DNA of 64,000 bases from Eledone cirrhosa (Eukaryota), in the NCBI GenBank assembly GCA_964016885.1, contig OZ024747.1, positions 41,292,001 through 41,356,000 of the forward strand, written 5' to 3'. Positions 28,601-42,605 of this stretch are shown here, piece after piece; positions within the stretch are counted from its first letter, which is position 1; each line of letters starts with the position of its first letter. Both the position numbers and the translations under genes were made by a program. Under the pieces are notes generated by a model that was not told the DNA's origin, searched no databases, and worked only from the letters and a program-made list of their open reading frames with translations.

Positions 28601-31600
28601 GTAGTGTGACAGTAATACATAGTAGTGTGACAGTAATATATAGTAGTGTTACAGTAATATATAGTAGTGTAACAGTAATATATAGTAGTGTGACAGTAAT
28701 ATGTATTAGTGTGACAGTAATATATATTAGTGTGTTACACTGATATATAGTAGTGTGACAGTATTATATAGTAGTGTGTTACAGTAATATATAGTAGTGT
28801 GACAGTAATATATAGTAGTATTACAGTAATATATAGTAGTGTGGCAGTAATATATAGTAGTGTGACAGTAATATATAGTAGTGTGACAGTAATATATAAT
28901 AGTGTGACAGTAATATATACTAGTGTGACACTAATATATAGTAGTGTGACAGTGATATATAGTAGTGTGTTACACTGATATATAGTAGTGTGACAGTAAT
29001 ATATAGTAGTGTGTTACAGTAATATATAGTAGTGTGACAGTAATATATATTAGTGTGGTACAGTAATATATAGTAGTGTGACAGTAATATATAGTAGTGT
29101 TACAGTGATATATAGTAGTGTGACAGTAATACATAGTAGCTTGACAGTAATATATATTAGTGTGTCAGTGATATATAGTAGTGTGACAGTAATATATAGT
29201 AGTGTGATACTAATATATAGTAGTGTGACAGTAATATATAGTAGTGTGACAGTAATATATAGTAGTGTGACAGTAATATATATTAGTGTGACAGTAATCT
29301 ATAGTAGTGTGACAGTAATATATAGTGTTACAATAATATATAGTAGTGTGACATTAATATATAGTAGTGTGACAGTAATATATAGTAGTGTTACAGTAAT
29401 ATATAGTAGTGTGACAGTGATATATAGTTGTTTGACAGTAATATAGAGTAGTGTGACAGTAATATATAGTAGAGTGACAGTGATATATAGTAGTGTGACA
29501 GTAATATATAGTGTTACAGTGATAAAGGTACTGTGATAGTAATATATAGTAGTGTGACAGTAATATATAGTAGTGTGACAGTAATACATAGTAGTGTGAC
29601 AGTAATATATAGTAGTGTTACAGTAATATATAGTAGTGTAACAGTAATATATAGTAGTGTGACAGTAATATGTCTTAGTGTGACAGTAATATATAGTAGT
29701 GTGACAGTAATATATAGTAGTGTGACAGTAATATATAGTAGTGTGACAGTGATATATAGTAGTGTGTTACACTGATATATAGTAGTGTGACAGTAATATA
29801 TAGTAGTGTGTTACAGTAATATATAGTAGTGTGACAGTAATATATATTAGTGTGGTACAGTAATATATAGTAGTGTGACAGTAATATATAGTAGTGTTAC
29901 AGTGATATATAGTAGTGTGACAGTAATACATAGTAGCTTGACAGTAATATATATTAGTGTGTCAGTGATATATAGTAGTGTGACAGTAATATATAGTAGT
30001 GTGATACTAATATATAGTAGTGTGACAGTAATATATAGTAGTGTGACAGTAATATATAGAAGTGTGACAGTAATATATAATAGTGTGACAGTGATATATA
30101 GTAATGTGACAGTAATATATATTAGTGTGACAGTAATATATAGTAGTGTGCTAGTAATATATAATAGTGTGACAGTGATATATATTAGTGTGACAGCAAT
30201 ATAAAGTAGTGTGACAGTAATCTATAGTAGTGTGACAGTAATATATAGTGTTACAGTAATATATAGTAGTGTGAGAGTAACATATATTAGTGTGACAGTA
30301 ATAGATAGTAGTGTGTCAGTAATATATAGTAGTGTGACAGTGATATATACTAGTGTGACAGTAATATATAGTAGTGTGACAGTAATATATAGTAGTGTGA
30401 CAGTAATATATAGTAGTGTGGCAGTAATATATAGTAGTGTGACAGTAATATATAGTAGTGTGACAGTAATATATAATAGGGTGACAGTAATATATACTAG
30501 TGTGACAGTAATATATAGTAGTGTGACAGTGATATATAGTAGTGTGTTACACTAATATATAGTAGTGTGACAGTAATATATGTAGCGTCACACTAATATA
30601 TAGTAGTGTGGCAGTAATATATAGTAGTGTGTTACAGTAATATATAGTTGTGTTACAATAATATATAGTAGTGTGACAGTAATATATATTAGTGTGAGAG
30701 TAATATATATTAGTGTGATAGTAATATATAGTAGTGTGACAATAATATATAGTAGTGTGACAGTAATATATAATAGTGTGACAGTAATATATTGTAGTGT
30801 GTTACAGTAATATATAGTAGTGTGACAGTAATATATAGTAGTGTGGTACAGTAATATATAGTAGTGTGACAGTAACATATATTAGTGTGGCAGTAATATA
30901 TGGTAGTGTGTTACAATAATATATAGTTGTGTTACAATAATATATAGTAGTGTGACAGTAATATATAATAGTGTGAAAGTAATATATAGTAGTGTGACAG
31001 TAATATATATTAGTGTGATAGTAATATATAGTAGTGTGGCAATAATATATATTAGTGTGACAGTAATATATAGTAGTGTGTTACAGTAATATATAGTAGT
31101 GTGACAGTAATATATATTAGTGTGGTACAGTAATATATAGGAGTGTGACAGTAATATATAGTAGTGTTACAGTGATATATAGTAGCGTGACAGTAATACA
31201 TAGTAGATTGACAGTAATATATATTAGTGTGTCAGTGATATATAGTAGTGTGACAGTAATATATAGTAGTGTGATACTAATATATAGTAGTGTGACAGTA
31301 ATATATAGTAGTGTGACAGTAATATATAGAAGTGTGACAGTAATATATAATAGTGTGACAGTGATATATAGTAGTGTGACAGTAATATATATTAGTGTGA
31401 CAGTAATATATAGTAGTGTGTTAGTAATATATAATAGTGTGACAGTAATATATAGTAGTGTGACAGCAATATAAAGTAGTGTGACAGTAATCTATAGTAG
31501 TGTGACAGTAATATATAGTGTTACAATAATATATAGTAGTGTGACATTAATATATAGTAGTGTGACAGTAATATATAGTAGAGTGACTGTGATATATAGT

Positions 31601-33455
31601 AGTGTGACAGTAATATATAGTAGTGTGACAGTAATATATAGTAGTGTGACAGTAATATATAGTAGTGTGTTACACTAATATATAGTAGTGTGTGACATTG
31701 ATATATAGCAATGTCACAGTAATATATAGTTGTCTTACAATGATATATACTAGTGTGACAGTAATATATAGTAGTGTGACAGTAATATATAGTAGTGTGA
31801 CAGTAATATATATTAGTCTTACAGTGATATATAGTAGTGTGACAGTAATATATAGTAGTGTAACAGTGATATATAGTAGTGTGTTACAGTAATATATAGT
31901 AGTGTGAGAGTAACATATATTAGTGTGACAGTAATAGATAGTAGTGTGTCAGTAATATATAGTAGTGTGACAGTGATATATACTAGTGTGACAGTAATAT
32001 ATATTAGTGTGACAGTAATATATAGTAGTGTTACAGTAATATATAGTAGTGTGGCAGTAATATATAGTAGTGTGACAGTAATATATAGTAGTGTGACAGT
32101 AATATATAATAGGGTGACAGTAATATATACTAGTGTGACAGTAATATATAGTAGTGTGACAGTGATATATAGTAGTGTGTTACACTAATATATAGTAATG
32201 TGACAGTAATATATGTAGCGTGACAGTAATATATTTTAGTGTGGCAGTAATATATAGTAGTGTGTTACAGTAATATATAGTTGTGTTACAATAATATATA
32301 GTAGTGTGACAGTAATATATAATAGTGTGACAGTAATATATATTAGTGTGATAGTAATATATAGTAGTGTGACAATAATATATAGTAGTGTGACAGTAAT
32401 ATATAATAGTGTGACAGTAATATATTGTAGTGTGTTACAGTAATATATAGTAGTGTGACAGTAATATATAGTAGTGTGGTACAGTAGTAATATATAGTAG
32501 TGTGACAGTAATATATAGTAGTGTTACAGTGATATATAGTAGTGTGACAGTAATATATAGTAGTGTGACAGTAATATATAGTAGTGTGTTACACTAATAT
32601 ATAGTATTGTGTGACATTGATATATAGTGGTGTGACAGTAATATATAGTCGTGTGTCCGTGATATATAGTAGTGTGACAGTAATATATAATAGTGTGACA
32701 GTGAAATATAGTAGTGTGACAGTAATATATATTAGTGTGACAGTAATATATAGTAGTGTGTTAGTAATATATAGTAGTTTGACTGTAATATATAGTAGTC
32801 TGACAGTAATATATAGTAGTGTGACAGTAATATATAGTAGTGTGACAGTAATACATAGTAGTGGGTCAGTAATATATAGTAATGTGTTACAGTAATATAT
32901 AGTAGTGTAACAGTAATATATAGTAGTGTGTTACACTAATATATAGTAGTGTGTGACATTGATATATAGTAGTGTGACACTAATATATATAGTGTGACAG
33001 TGATAGTAGTGTGACAGTAATATATAGTAGTGTGACAGTAATATATAGTAGTGTGTCATTAAAATATAGTAGTGTGTCAGTAATATATATTAGTGTGTCA
33101 GTAATATATAGTGGTGTGACATTAATATATAGTAGTGTGACAGTAATATATAGTAGTTTCAGTAATATATAGTAGTGTGACAGTAATATATAATAAATTG
33201 TCAGTAATATATAGTAGCATGACAGTAATATATAGTAGTGTGACAGTAATATATAATAGTGTGTCAGTAATATATAGTAGTGTGACAGTAATATATAGTA
33301 GTGTGTCAGTAATATATAGTAGTTTGACAGTTATATATAGTAGTGTGTCAGTAATATATAATAGTGTGACAGTGATATATAGTAGTGTGTTACACTAACA
33401 TATAGTAGTGTGTGCCATTGTCAGATAGTGTAGTATGGTGGTGACAGTAGATATA
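4643..33455. repeat. ~28.8-kb satellite array, 21-bp unit GTGACAGTAATATATAGTAGT
   Basis: Continuous tandem units, roughly 1,350-1,400 copies, with 23-bp (GTGTGTTACA) and 18-bp variants. Higher-order periods of 3213, 3054, 1815 and 807 bp are read from identical repeat-ORF offsets. Confidence 0.98.
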
Positions 33456-33639
33456 TGTAAACAGCATTCAGTACTATGCACCTATATACGAAACATAAGC
33501 TACACATCGTTATCACACTCATATACGCAGTATGTACACTTAACAAAGAATCCAACAGATTGTATACGAGCATTAATTTGATCATAGACACCACAAGGCA
33601 AATATATACAACAGAAACTGTTTTTAGGTTGTTAAGGAT

Positions 33640-34650
33640 TGAATGTGCAGGCGGAATCAAAGGAAATTGTGTCGTGTAGTCAGACTTGTTTGAGATGAGG
33701 CGACCAGATTGAATATAAATAATGGATTTTCTTTTTGTTTATGGATCTCATTAAAACTCAAGTACCGTACTATACCATATAAGGACAGGTGGTCAAACAA
33801 TGTCATAGATTTAATGTAGAGTGATACGGGTTTAAAAACTCTTCGGAGTTTATTACTTACATCCAGTAAATTCTCACGGTGTCTTTCTCCTTAACAACGA
33901 TACATTTTACTCATGAACCATGCACCACAAATCTTGCAAGATATGCAACGTATTTCGTTGCAGGGAGGGCAGTGAAATTAGCCAATCAGATTGACGGGAT
34001 AGTCACGGTCTAATGGGGATGTTGTCTAGAAGTTTAAAGAACATAAGCTTTAAAGATTGAGGCCATATGGATGAGCAACGTTAGGTGATGAAATTCCTGA
34101 CTCGAAGGTCACCTAAAATTTAATATCTTTTGAATAAAGCTTGAAAAAAGCAGTAGTAATTATCGGATCGAATAGTGGAAGTTGCGAGTGTGTACTAAAG
34201 CTGTAGATTCATATTCTGGAACGCAACGCTCGGAATTTGAACTCGAATAAGATTAATGGTTGAGATGAGGGTAGCAGTGATACTGAGGTGATTATATCTG
34301 GTGGAGGGCAGCGTATTCAACAGGTTAGGCGCATCCCCGTAAGATGTAAAAATGTAGTATTTGCTTTTACTTTGTTGAAACGAAGTTATGATTTTTGCTG
34401 CAGATGCGGCCTAGACAAGAAATTGTGAGAATAGAACAGCAAATTTGTAGTGTGTAGGATGTTACGAAAGAAAGTAGAAACAGAAGTCGGTAGATTTATA
34501 GTAAGAGGCGATGTGTGTCGATAGAAACAGAGATATCTCGGAAATTGCTGAGAAAATTAGAGATGAGTGAGTTGAATTCCACAACGGAGTCGGAATTACT
34601 AATGATGTATATAATAACGGTAGTTACTCACTAGTGAATTAATTCACACC
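33640..34650 (-). mobile_element. Highly decayed Penelope-like element (RT C-terminus to GIY-YIG)
   Basis: Minus-strand remnants across frames: YYKSTD, HPTH, SQFL..RICS, and CISCKICG followed by a GIY-YIG-like region. Many lesions. Confidence 0.55.
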
Positions 34651-34862
34651 GATACAGTCATGGATGCATAGAAGCTAATTATATTTGCTATAGGTTGTCG
34701 ATATACTTACTAAAAATATTACTTTAGTTTGTTTGTTTGTTTGTTTGTTTGTTTGTTTTAGATATATGATTCTTTAGATTAGAACTTTTTATTCTATGCA
34801 TTAGTAACAAAAATTCAAATTACACTGTTAGTTGTTTTAGATATATCATATATAAATATATA

Positions 34863-35060
34863 ATGGCTTCTAATTTTGGCCCAAGGCCAGAAATTTTATG
34901 TTGGGCGGAAGTCTATTATATCGACTTCAGTATTCGATTAATGCTTTATTTTATCGATCCTGGAAGAATGAATGACAAAGTTGACCTTGGTGGGATTTGA
35001 AGTCAAATATCGCAAAGTATAGATATTTTCTCCGACACTCTAACGGTTCTTTCAATCCAT
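34863..35060 (-). mobile_element. Degenerate tRNA-derived SINE
   Basis: Diverged core tttatcgatcctggaagaatgaatgacaaagttgaccttggtgggatttgaa. Confidence 0.65.
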
Positions 35061-36214
35061 TACTCTTTATATAAATACAAGTATGGTAATTTAAATCTAC
35101 ATCAAACTTCTGATAAAGCAGCATTAGTGAACCCCATACAACGAGAATTAGTATTACCTGATTTATAGTTAAATCTGACTTAGCCCTCCTATGTGTTCAC
35201 TGATTCTATGGGCTATTAAAATATTGGATATTTTTAAATTGTTGATATTCAGAGCGGGCTAATTAATTTTATTTGTCATTATTGTTAGTAGAATTATGGT
35301 ACGACAGTTCTCTCCTGTGGTAGGGTCAAAGAGAAGCAGGGCAAACTGTATCAAAATACGTAAAAGCTGTTCCTTAGCCAAATATGGCACGATAATGATA
35401 AATGTAGGTTTTCGACTGAATCTATTTGCATTCTAGGTTGTCAAATCTAATCATAACGAATTGCTACCTCATCTCTTATATTTAACTCCATTTAAACAAA
35501 CATTCGTGCTCGTAACAAAAGATATCATTATCACGTATTACAGGGCTTCTCAGTTATGAGAGAAAGCTGTAACAATATTCAATGATAGCCGGAGTTCTTT
35601 TCAATGCTAAAGTAGACAAATGTAAGGCGTTTACAGTTACCATTGAGGCTACGTTAATAAAGTAAAATAGTATTCTGTCCAATGTAATTATATATACCGA
35701 CTATAATCCGCACATTGACTGCACAGCTACGTGTGCAGTGTATGTACACAACGTACAATCTAACAGAACGTACACGTGCATGTATATAGGAATAGACACG
35801 CATTTACAACCCAATTATGATACGAATTATCAAGGTGTGAAGAATGGTAAATTAACGGGTTAGGCAGTCGTTATCTAATTCTATCATTAAGTAAATATTT
35901 CAGGTTGAGTAGGGCTAATAACAAAAATGGCAGAAAGTAAAACATATTTTAGAGCGAAATATATATGTATATGTATATAAATATATATATATATATGTAT
36001 ATAAATATATATGTATATGTATATAAATATATATGTATATATGTATATAGATATTTATATATATACATATATATAAATATAAAAGTATACACATAGAGTA
36101 AGGAGCAGATATCGTAACAAGCTGGGGTTCAAAGGCCCCAAATCGTTAATAAGCTGCCAGGAAACTTGTTAGATCTACATCTTTGGACGGGGATATTTTA
36201 AAGAAATATCTTGA

Positions 36215-36400
36215 CACTCTGCTATGCAAGATCCCAGATGAACCCTCATTACGGAATGAAGGTAACCTAAGGGCAGTAGTAACGAACTCCTTCCTACATC
36301 AATGGTCAGCCAATACTGACTGGGTATAGAAAGTGAAGCAACAAGGACGGTGCCCCAGCATGGCCCGGGATGGAACAGGTAAAAGTGTAAAAGAGTATGT
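36215..36400 (+). mobile_element. Retroposon 3'-tail fragment
   Basis: Ends ggtgccccagcatggcc..gaacaggtaaaagtgtaaaag. Similar tails lie at 39545-39605 and 47155-47205. Confidence 0.45.
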
Positions 36401-36417
36401 AAATAAATCTGTGTATG

Positions 36418-36470
<53 letters not shown>

Positions 36471-36584
36471 TGTACACATACATACATGTATTGTATTAAT
36501 TTCTGACCAATATCGAGATCGAGAGCTGGTTTCTATCACAGGCATAAGACGTTTATTGCAATTATATAAAGTAAATAATTATGT

Positions 36585-36620
36585 ATGTCTGTGTGCCTGT
36601 GTGTCTGTGTGTGTGTGTGT

Positions 36621-36655
<35 letters not shown>

Positions 36656-36667
36656 TGTGTGTGTGCC

Positions 36668-36743
<76 letters not shown>

Positions 36744-36756
36744 TGTGCGTGTGTGT
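36585..36756. repeat. (TG)n microsatellite
   Basis: Direct inspection. Confidence 0.95.
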
Positions 36757-36870
36757 TTGAGCGTAGGTATTGATGCCATAGCATTTGAGGATCTGTATGT
36801 TTTATGTGGACAAATACATGTTTCTATACCTATACGTGTGCATGTACAGTTATTATTATGTATGATTCGC

Positions 36871-37057
36871 GGTGGAATGGCAGTATCGGTAGAGGGTCGG
36901 ACGCCATGCTTTGACGCATTGAGTTACAGCCCTTGCCATTCTGGGTTCAAATCCCGCCGAGGTTAACTTTGCCTTTCATCCTTACGGGGTCGATAAAATA
37001 AAGTACCAGTAATACACTGGGCTAATAGCTGGCCTTGTGCCAAAAGTAGAAACAATC
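36871..37057 (+). mobile_element. Full-length tRNA-derived SINE with 16-bp TSD
   Basis: A-box-like TGGCAGTATCGG, B-box GGTTCAAATCC, conserved core and tail. TSD ATTATGTATGATTCGC at 36855-36870 and 37058-37073. Confidence 0.92.
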
Positions 37058-37344
37058 ATTATGTATGATTCGCATCTACACAGGTATAGATATAGAAACA
37101 TATGTATATGTATGCACATGAAACTCAAAACCTACAGATCCACACACACACAATTACATCCATACCTGCACACACACGCCCCCCCCCCCACACACACACA
37201 CAAATACACACACGTACACAAGCACACGTCGACATAAATACATAATTACCTAGAAGACACATAATTACCTAGTTGATGGTATCTAAAGGCCAAAGAGAGA
37301 GAGATTTGTTTCTGTTAGAAATAAGAAAGATCAAATCAGAAGAA

Positions 37345-37355
37345 CAATTCCTTCG

Positions 37356-37421
<66 letters not shown>

Positions 37422-37613
37422 GTTCTGTGGTTTTTCTCACATGTGAACTGCGAAACTGGTAAAGGAACCAAATAAATATATATATTTTTATATATATAAA
37501 GAAAAAAAGATGAAATCGAAAATGCAACTGGAGTCTTATTTTTTTTTAAATATATATATTTATTTGGTTCCTTTACCAGTTTCGCAGTTCACATGTGAGA
37601 AAAACCACAGACC

Positions 37614-37661
<48 letters not shown>

Positions 37662-37670
37662 AAGGAATTG
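37345..37670. repeat. Inverted repeat of a PLE-like fragment with hammerhead 3' halves pointing inward
   Basis: ctgtggtttttctcacatgtgaactgcGAAACtgGTAaaggaaccaaataaa is mirrored at ~37555-37615. The spacer also occurs at 43443-43482. Confidence 0.7.
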
Positions 37671-37859
37671 TGGTAAGGAACCAGGTGGACCATAACGCAC
37701 CAAAGTACTCAATACTTAGTGTAGTAGAGTGGGTAATAGGAACAAGTATGAACTCGACGGCAGAGCTCAAGCCGTTTCGACGGCTAATTCTGGACCGAAT
37801 TAGCGTCCAGAATTAGCCGTCGAAACGGCTTGAGCTCAGCCGTCGGGGTCCTACTCGTT

Positions 37860-37863
<4 letters not shown>
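37659..37863. mobile_element. PLE 3'-end module folded back at hammerhead stem II
   Basis: Arms gacggctaattctggac (37779-37795) and gtccagaattagccgtc (37805-37821), then GAA ACGGCT tgagctc AGCCGT C^ggggtcc. A long minus-strand copy and a short plus-strand copy both end in (TA)n. Confidence 0.7.
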
Positions 37864-37893
<30 letters not shown>

Positions 37894-38016
37894 GGGGGTG
37901 AGTTTTATTGTAGTACAATAAAGCAATGGAGATATCGGATAAGAAGCACTCTACAGTTTGTAGGACTGGAGTATACATAATATATAAGATCAAAAGATGG
38001 TTAAATGAGTTCCATG

Positions 38017-38087
38017 TATTTTATTATGCGCATTTCAAAAACAAATATCATCATGCAATAACATTTGTGTTTTCATCAGATAAAATA
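38017..38087 (-). ncRNA. Type I hammerhead ribozyme (mirror copy)
   Basis: Reverse complement of 38206-38276. Confidence 0.75.
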
Positions 38088-38205
38088 GGAGGACATGATA
38101 TGAAGGTTAAAAAACACTTGTGGATAGTGCAGTTTTAAATCAACATATGTTGATTTAAAACTGCACTATCCACAAGTGTTTTTTAACCTTCATATCATGT
38201 CCTCC

Positions 38206-38276
38206 TATTTTATCTGATGAAAACACAAATGTTATTGCATGATGATATTTGTTTTTGAAATGCGCATAATAAAATA
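38206..38276 (+). ncRNA. Type I hammerhead ribozyme
   Basis: tattttat-CTGATGA-long stem II (acaaat/atttgt)-GAAAT gcgc ATA^-ataaaata. Perfect 8-bp stem I and palindromic ATGCGCAT stem III. Confidence 0.78.
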
Positions 38277-38306
38277 CATGGAACTCATTTAACCATCTTT
38301 TGATCT

Positions 38307-38340
<34 letters not shown>

Positions 38341-38352
38341 ATAATATATATA

Positions 38353-38600
<248 letters not shown>

Positions 38601-38679
38601 ATATATATATATTATATATATATATTATATATATATATATATAATATATTATATATATATATATTATATATATATTATA

Positions 38680-38730
<51 letters not shown>

Positions 38731-38817
38731 TATATATATATGATATATATATTATATATATTTTTATATATCTACAAATTGAAGATCGAATGATATATAT
38801 AGAAATATATCAAACAA

Positions 38818-39136
<319 letters not shown>

Positions 39137-39795
39137 TATATATATATATTTATATATATATATTTATATATGCGTGAGTGCGCGTGTGTGTGAGTGTGCG
39201 TGTGTGTGAGTGTGTGTGTGTGTGAGTGTGTGTGGTGAAAGTAAATATAATCACAAGGAAATGTGACGGGAAAAGTTACAATTTCACTACAAAACAGAGG
39301 TTGGCTTCTGAAATCCTAATATCTTTGTTTTCAGTACTTATTTCTTGGTGTTTATTGTTTATTTTACCGATCGTTACAGCAAAAACAGATCGATGAAATA
39401 CGGAACTTCTTGAAATAAGTACTTGAGTCGATATGATCGATTTAATCTCTTCAAGGCAGTGAAAGCAACGTACCCTCATTTTAATGAATGAAACAATTAA
39501 AAGAGTACAGGGGCCGATATGATTGGATAAAAACCTTTCAAAGTGGTAGCACAGCATGGCCATAATCTAATGACTGAAACCATTAAAAGATAAAAGAAGA
39601 AAAGAATATACATACATACGTAGGACACACGAACTCAAACACAGAATCACAAATTCCAGATAATTATTTACTTGAACAGGTATTTTCTTTTTAAGAATTC
39701 TCAAGAAAGAAATATTTATTGCTATGCAAGGAAAACAGTTGATAATGTTTATATATATATACAAATATATATATTATATTTATATATACACATAC

Positions 39796-39886
<91 letters not shown>

Positions 39887-39887
<1 letters not shown>

Positions 39888-40063
39888 GTTATTCCGGGTT
39901 GAATCGGAGGTAACCACAGTAAGTAAGGTACTCAATACATAGCAGAGTATAACAGTTTTAATATAGAAGAGATTCTACAGGACTAGAACTGTTTCATTCA
40001 TTAGAAATCATGATTTCTAATGAATGAAACAGTTCTAGTCCTGTAGAATCTCTTCTATATTAA

Positions 40064-40067
<4 letters not shown>
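39887..40067. mobile_element. PLE-like 3'-end module with 114-bp perfect palindrome
   Basis: Palindrome 39954-40067, centre 40010/40011, contains GAAAC agttcta GTC. The same family end occurs on the plus strand at ~46960-47037. Confidence 0.65.
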
Positions 40068-40148
<81 letters not shown>

Positions 40149-40151
<3 letters not shown>

Positions 40152-41130
40152 GTATATATATATAAAATTAAGTATGTATGTGTATTACCTATAGGGGCCT
40201 ACATCTTACGACCGATTTTCATGAAACTTTACAGCCTCATAGATTAGTCATCGGGTAGTGTTTTCTATATATCAGCGTATCGTTTTTTTATTCCGGGCTC
40301 ATTCTGCAGATAAAAATCGATAGGGAGGGTGTCACCTTTTTTTAGGTATCGAAAAATAAGATATTTGACTCTAGCTCCCATATTTTGCCACCGATTTCGT
40401 TCAAATTTTAAAGCAAAATAGAATTTATCATTGCACATCCTGTAATGGCGTTATATTTTGAATTTGTTGTTCAGAGACGGCTTGGCAGCCGCTTAAATAT
40501 TCAAATATACCACTTTTAGACTCAAATTTCCACATTAATCAACCTACTTTGTTCAAATTTTACACTATGCTAGATCTGATTATTTCAAGTCTTAAAGTGG
40601 CTTTACATTTTGGATTTTTTGTTCAGGAACGGCGTAGCAGCCGCTTAAATATTCGAAAATACAACCTTTTCGCTCAAATTTTCGCCTTTTCGGCTCTATC
40701 TCCCACATTTTTCAACCGATTTCTTTCAAATTCGAAACTTCGGGTCCACCTCACACATAAATCAATTTATTTGGTTCAACCTTTATACTACGATAGAACC
40801 TATCATTACACATCTTATAGATGGTCAAAGGCAAAACGATGGCCACTGACGTCGTTTGAGCTTTTAGTTGTGTATTTGAGAATTCATTGGTTTCCACTCA
40901 AGTAGCGTAAGGAAATTTGGCTTAGTGTTAGAGGTCATCACCTCCCTCCCCCAGCATCCCCCTTCGTCAGTCATTCGCGTTCTCGGGAATAGAGGTCATC
41001 CCCACCCTCCCCCGCAAGGCCTGTCTGGGGCCATAGATGAGTCATCGAGAAGCAGTCGCTAAGATCAACACCTTTTCATCAAAGCAGATATTATTTTACC
41101 TACCCAGGCAACGCTGGGTACTGCTGCTAG
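40149..41130 (+). mobile_element. Non-autonomous Helitron
   Basis: Starts TC after A. Ends with hairpin TACCCAG gcaacg CTGGGTA (41101-41120) and CTAG followed by T. No TSD. Internal ~150-bp subrepeats (gcagccgcttaaatattc at ~40487 and ~40637). Confidence 0.8.
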
Positions 41131-41175
41131 TATAAATATATATTATATTATATTTATATATACACATACACACAT

Positions 41176-41232
<57 letters not shown>

Positions 41233-41342
41233 TTATATATACACATACACACATATATATATATATTATATTATTTTTATATATACACATACACATATAC
41301 ACACATATGTATATATATTATATTTATATACACACATATACT

Positions 41343-41383
<41 letters not shown>

Positions 41384-41389
41384 TATATG

Positions 41390-41438
<49 letters not shown>

Positions 41439-41904
41439 GCATATATATATATATATGCGTATATATATATACATATATATATATATACACACATATATAT
41501 ATATACATATATACATATATTTATACATATTATATACATATATATATATATATATATACATATATACATATATATACACACATATATATACATATATACA
41601 TATATAGATACAAATTATATACACATATATATACATATATATAGATTTATACATATATATATATACACATATATATACATATATATACATATATACATAT
41701 ATATATAAACATATATATATATATATACATATATACATATATATATAGATATATAGATATAGATATATATATATACATATATACATATATATACACATAT
41801 ATACATATATATATACTTATATATATATATACATATATATATACATATATACATATATATAAACATATATATATACATATATATACATATATACATATAT
41901 ATAT

Positions 41905-41953
<49 letters not shown>

Positions 41954-42050
41954 TACATATATATATAGATATATAGATATATATATATATATATACATAT
42001 ATACATACATATATACATATATACATATATATACATATATATATATATAA

Positions 42051-42081
<31 letters not shown>

Positions 42082-42100
42082 CATATATATATATACATAA
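41131..42100. repeat. Compound (TA)n/(TACA)n microsatellite
   Basis: Direct inspection. Confidence 0.95.
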
Positions 42101-42101
42101 A

Positions 42102-42560
42102 TACATTATCGGAGAAAGCTAATAGCGATACTCCGGCCAAATCCCAACTCACTCAACAAACATTAGGAAAGAAGTGAGTATATTCCTAATTAAACGTTCG
42201 GGGTGCTAACTAATTGTATTGTGTGGGAAACTGGCTGTATTATTTCTTATGAGATATATCAAATATATTTCTTCCCAGACGGACATCTCGTTTCATTATA
42301 AGATTCCTACAAGTTTGGTGAAATAATACCAATTTATGTAGAAGCTTGTATAAGATCAACAGATACTTATTCAAGTGGGCTCTTATAATTCTTCAGTGGG
42401 TGCCCAATAATATTAATATTGATAATCAAATCAACATCAATATTTAGCGATAATCACCATCACTTGAGGTAACTGCTAGGTTGCTAGCCCAGCAGTTCTA
42501 AAGAAATTCTCATACTGTCTCAAAAAAAGAAGGAGAATTACCGCCAAAAAACAATACATG
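42102..42560 (-). mobile_element. PLE-like 3'-end module carrying a hammerhead
   Basis: Terminus abuts the TA tract. A homologous end lies in the opposite orientation at 45812-45936. Hammerhead at 42274-42400. Confidence 0.6.
42274..42400 (-). ncRNA. Type I hammerhead ribozyme with long stem II insert
   Basis: Minus strand: ccca-CTGAAGA-attataaga[~77 nt]tcttataat-GAA ACG agatgtc CGT C^-tggg. All three stems pair. Confidence 0.75.
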
Positions 42561-42605
42561 CGCCGGACAAAGCTTGAGGGGAAAAAATAAGTCACACAGA
42601 GAAAA

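Larger units (their letters stand above)
37980..38313. repeat. 334-bp perfect spacerless palindrome
   Basis: Centre caacat|atgttg at 38146/38147. Arms read as exact reverse complements out to the TA runs. Confidence 0.95.

Noticed and set aside
5331-33398. Many ORFs of VTVIYSS / LLYITVT / YYCHTTI repeats
   Set aside because: Translation of a 21-bp satellite, frequently broken by 23-bp and 18-bp variants.
4643-33455. CRISPR array
   Set aside because: Repeats are contiguous with no unique spacers, there are no cas genes, and the context is eukaryotic.
36871-36960. tRNA gene
   Set aside because: Head of a multi-copy SINE with TSDs; no complete cloverleaf.
39276-39563. Second exon of the minus-strand gene
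   Set aside because: The apparent acceptor and start lie within a retroposon tail (cagcatggcc..gactgaaac) on the opposite strand.
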